In this document: one piece after another, positions 61,066-64,000 of the stretch
How the letters are laid out: every line of letters starts with the position of its first letter
How positions within the stretch are numbered: the first letter of the stretch is position 1
NCBI GenBank assembly: GCA_937888725.1
Contig: CALARE010000009.1
Location: 970 to 64,969 of the forward strand
DNA: 64,000 nt
Direction: 5' to 3'
DNA from: an uncultured Alphaproteobacteria bacterium
Lineage (GTDB): Bacteria; Pseudomonadota; Alphaproteobacteria; CAAHEQ01; UBA3637
Notes under the pieces: model-generated
The model's database searches: none
What the model saw: only the letters and a program-made list of their open reading frames with translations
Told to the model about the DNA's origin: nothing
Program-made: the position numbers and the translations under genes

Positions 61066-62271
61066 ATGACAATTCCATATAAAATTGCCCCACGTCTTGT
61101 ATATGTGGTTAATGCGTTACAAAATATGTTATTCCCCATCCCCATTTTAATGCTTTTTTATGGGTTTAAAGGGGTTGGAATTGGGGACTTTTACCTCATT
61201 CAATCAATTGCTCTTGCAATGGTGTTTCTGCTTGAAATTCCAACGGGATATGTTGCTGATTTATTCTCTCGTAAATTAACGCTTATTATTGGCTTGATGG
61301 GGTGGATTCTTGGTTATTTTTGTTGGATATTTGGCACTGGTTTTACCTTTATTTTATTAGGGGAACTCATTTTTTCAATTGGGATAAGCTTTATTTCTGG
61401 CACATTAGATGCTTATTTATATGACCTATTAAAACAGAATAAAAAACAACACCTCTATCATAAAAAACTTTCAAAAATGACAACATTTGGAAATATTGGG
61501 CTTTTTGTTGCAACATTGACAGGATCATTTTTCTATGAATTTTTAAGTCCAGTTGCACCAGCTGTTTTATCAACCATTGCCCTTTGTTTTGCCATCATCA
61601 TAATGATGATTTTGCCCGATGTAAAAGAAAGCCGTCGGAAAGTTCAAAAAAATAAAAGCAAGTGGCGTGATATTTTGGATATCTCAAAATCAGCTATTCA
61701 AAATAAACATATCAAATGGCTGATGATTTTTCCCGCTTTTTATGGTGCTTTAACCCTCACCTTGATGTGGGGACTTCAAAGCGTTATGATTGCGACAAAT
61801 ATCCCCGTTTATTTGTTCAGTTTTGTGGTGGGTGCAAATGCCTTTGGACGAATTTTATGGTCCCTATCTGCGGGGAAAATTTTAGATACAGTCGGACTAA
61901 ATAAGGCCATTTTTATCTTATGTTCTTTGCTAAGCATCAGCTTAATTGCAGCTATTTTATCAACAAGCGTACCGCCTGTGTTTGTTTATTTCTGCCTATT
62001 TTTAATGATTATTTCTGCAGGGTCAAGAGTGCTTTTAAGTATTGTATCAACAACACTTATCAACCACCAAATCCAATCGGATGAAAGAGCAACGGTGTTA
62101 TCTGTTAAAAATATGGTAGACAAAATTGCCTCTTGCTTTGCCATGTTGATGCTCAAACCCTTATTTGACCATTTTTCAACCGCTCAAACATTTTTAATAA
62201 TCAGCGTACTGATTGTCCCGATTTTAATCAGTGCATATAACCTATTTAAATTAAATATTTCGCAAAAATAA
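61066..62271 (+). CDS. MFS-type transporter (about 12 TM helices)
   Basis: Hydrophobic periodicity and an MFS-like loop DLFSRK between TM2 and TM3. Confidence 0.6.
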   Translation: MTIPYKIAPRLVYVVNALQNMLFPIPILMLFYGFKGVGIGDFYLIQSIALAMVFLLEIPTGYVADLFSRKLTLIIGLMGWILGYFCWIFGTGFTFILLGELIFSIGISFISGTLDAYLYDLLKQNKKQHLYHKKLSKMTTFGNIGLFVATLTGSFFYEFLSPVAPAVLSTIALCFAIIIMMILPDVKESRRKVQKNKSKWRDILDISKSAIQNKHIKWLMIFPAFYGALTLTLMWGLQSVMIATNIPVYLFSFVVGANAFGRILWSLSAGKILDTVGLNKAIFILCSLLSISLIAAILSTSVPPVFVYFCLFLMIISAGSRVLLSIVSTTLINHQIQSDERATVLSVKNMVDKIASCFAMLMLKPLFDHFSTAQTFLIISVLIVPILISAYNLFKLNISQK

Positions 62272-62283
62272 AAGGATGAATTT

Positions 62284-63321
62284 ATGAATAAAAGCCTTAT
62301 TGAACAATATGTAGAGTTGATTATAAACAACCTTCCTAAATTCAATTACAAAAAAGGTGCGTTTCAAAGGGAAAAACTTTCCTTTAAGAAAGAGGCGTTC
62401 AAAATTGATGCCACCCTTTCAAATGAAGAACAATTAACAGAACTTGGCAAGATTATTGAAAAACATATCCCCGATAACCATATTAATATCATCACAAAAG
62501 AAGGGGCAAAAGTGAACAGGGATATCCCCCTTTATCAAAACAATATTGCCTATCAACCAAACGAGATGTTAACCAGGTTTAAAATATCTAATAAAGACGG
62601 GATAAATGGCTGTTTTTATCTTGGGACAAAAAAAATAGCTGGGAAAAATGTGGGCGTTGTGAGTATACCATCCTTTTTCCACAACGGCACACAAGAGCAA
62701 GATGACAATCAACAAAAATTTATTGATGCTTTTTTCAAAATGAAAAAAGAGCAAAAATGGACGGACATTATTTTTGATTTTCGAGGGAATTATGGTGGAG
62801 ATGCGACCATTATCAAAGAAATTGCCGAACGTTTATCAGGGAAAGAGGTTTTTTATAGCAACACAACAAAAGTTATCACCCCCTACCCCCTTTATCAAGA
62901 GCATAAAAAAGCTTTTGCTGAAAAAGAACATACAATTGATATGCCTTCTTTTACAAAAAAACAACAAGAAGGCGATGCTTTTAATGGTGAGATTTATATT
63001 TTGCAAGATAGATGCAATGCCTCCAGTGCGGAAGGTGCCATTTTTATGCTCTCACAACTTAAAAATGTCACCACAATTGGTGAAAACACCTTTGGTGCTT
63101 TTCAAGGGGGGGCAACGGTTGAGTTAAAAATGCCTTATGGCTCTCTTTTAATCGGGACAGAATATCGTGAACGTTTTTCAAAAAAGGGAGAACCCATCCT
63201 TGAAAAGGAAGGGATAAAGCCCGACATTTTTGTGATAAGTGAAAAAGCCTTTGAAACAGCTGTATCAAGAATCACAGCCATTGAAACGCAAAAACGCAAC
63301 CTATCAAACAACGAAAAATAA
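62284..63321 (+). CDS. S41-family (C-terminal processing) peptidase-like protein
   Basis: DFRGNYGGD and CNASSAEG motifs. Confidence 0.5.
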   Translation: MNKSLIEQYVELIINNLPKFNYKKGAFQREKLSFKKEAFKIDATLSNEEQLTELGKIIEKHIPDNHINIITKEGAKVNRDIPLYQNNIAYQPNEMLTRFKISNKDGINGCFYLGTKKIAGKNVGVVSIPSFFHNGTQEQDDNQQKFIDAFFKMKKEQKWTDIIFDFRGNYGGDATIIKEIAERLSGKEVFYSNTTKVITPYPLYQEHKKAFAEKEHTIDMPSFTKKQQEGDAFNGEIYILQDRCNASSAEGAIFMLSQLKNVTTIGENTFGAFQGGATVELKMPYGSLLIGTEYRERFSKKGEPILEKEGIKPDIFVISEKAFETAVSRITAIETQKRNLSNNEK

Positions 63322-63360
63322 AACCTTTAAAACAGTCTTATTTGATATTATACAAAACAT

Positions 63361-63389
63361 TTGACAAGAATTTTGTTTTTTGATATAAT
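63361..63389 (+). promoter_or_regulatory. textbook sigma70 promoter TTGACA-17-TATAAT
   Basis: Exact consensus hexamers about 30 nt upstream of the ATG at 63419. Confidence 0.55.
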
Positions 63390-63418
63390 GGGATTTCATT
63401 TCGTTAAAAAAGGATACC

Positions 63419-64000
63419 ATGCAAGAACAAAATAAAGAGTTCAAATATCTCACCCCCAAAAAAATCGCACAAATGGCTCAATGTGATTCAAAGCTTGTGC
63501 GACCTTATTTTGAAAAATTCTATTTAAAACGCCTTACCTATATGGATAAAGGGGAAGAACGCCCTCTTATCCGCTTGATGCGAAAAGAGAATAAATTTGC
63601 CCTTTTGTTAAAAAACACGACAACATCCTTGCGTGCTTTTTATGAACAATGTGTTAAAATGAGTGCTTATTTTGTCTTACCTGTAAAACAAGATGGAATG
63701 CTCACACCAAATGAAATGCGTGACAAATGGGGTCGGACACATGATCTTTATCGTGATTTGGTTGAAGATGCCTATCAAGAAAAAATCTTTTTTGAAGAAA
63801 ATGGCATTCAAAAACCATTGATTATTATGGTTAAAAACCCTTATAAACCTGTTCTTGTTTTACAAGCTGGCGAAAAGGCTTTGAATCGATTTATTGAATT
63901 TACGCATGAAAAAGGGGAACATATTAATTTTAATATACCCCCTAGACGTGAAGCCTCAATGCTGAGTGCCACTAACTTGCATTATCGGTTTGGTGTGGCT
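63419..64000 (+). CDS. hypothetical protein, 5' partial (runs off the window)
   Basis: Open frame from the ATG at 63419 to the window end, preceded by the consensus promoter above. Confidence 0.4.
   Translation, partial: MQEQNKEFKYLTPKKIAQMAQCDSKLVRPYFEKFYLKRLTYMDKGEERPLIRLMRKENKFALLLKNTTTSLRAFYEQCVKMSAYFVLPVKQDGMLTPNEMRDKWGRTHDLYRDLVEDAYQEKIFFEENGIQKPLIIMVKNPYKPVLVLQAGEKALNRFIEFTHEKGEHINFNIPPRREASMLSATNLHYRFGVA

Overview
Low-GC (roughly one-third G+C by eye) bacterial chromosomal segment on a compact, gene-dense backbone. Housekeeping genes include valS (archaeal-type architecture), tyrS, tRNA-Thr, tRNA-Val, tRNA-Pro, bcp, a CoA-disulfide reductase-rhodanese fusion, an RNase J-like nuclease and endA. 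Three ankyrin-repeat proteins, a trimeric autotransporter adhesin and lipoproteins suggest a host-associated or intracellular lifestyle. The most striking region is an accessory island beginning immediately downstream of tRNA-Pro (about 27.6 kb), marked by a duplicated tRNA 3' end. It contains a two-gene module (an unrecognisable 1175-aa protein followed by a 1995-aa DEAH helicase with a DUF1998/MZB-type zinc-ribbon domain) that matches the Druantia type III (DruH/DruE) architecture and is flanked by 22-bp direct repeats. Divergently transcribed next to it is a Type III restriction-modification-like operon that is atypically interrupted by a small membrane-protein gene and extended by a SNF2-family helicase. 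Taken together the methylase, SNF2, helicase, DUF1998 and nuclease parts recall a DISARM-like inventory in an arrangement I do not recognise as a described system. Further right lies a glycan-modification cluster (GT2, GT1 and GT-B glycosyltransferases, an O-acetyltransferase, a TylF-like methyltransferase) that unusually contains two radical-SAM/SPASM enzymes. Both tRNA-Thr and tRNA-Pro carry nearby duplicated 3'-end fragments, which look like integration scars. No CRISPR array or transposase was seen.
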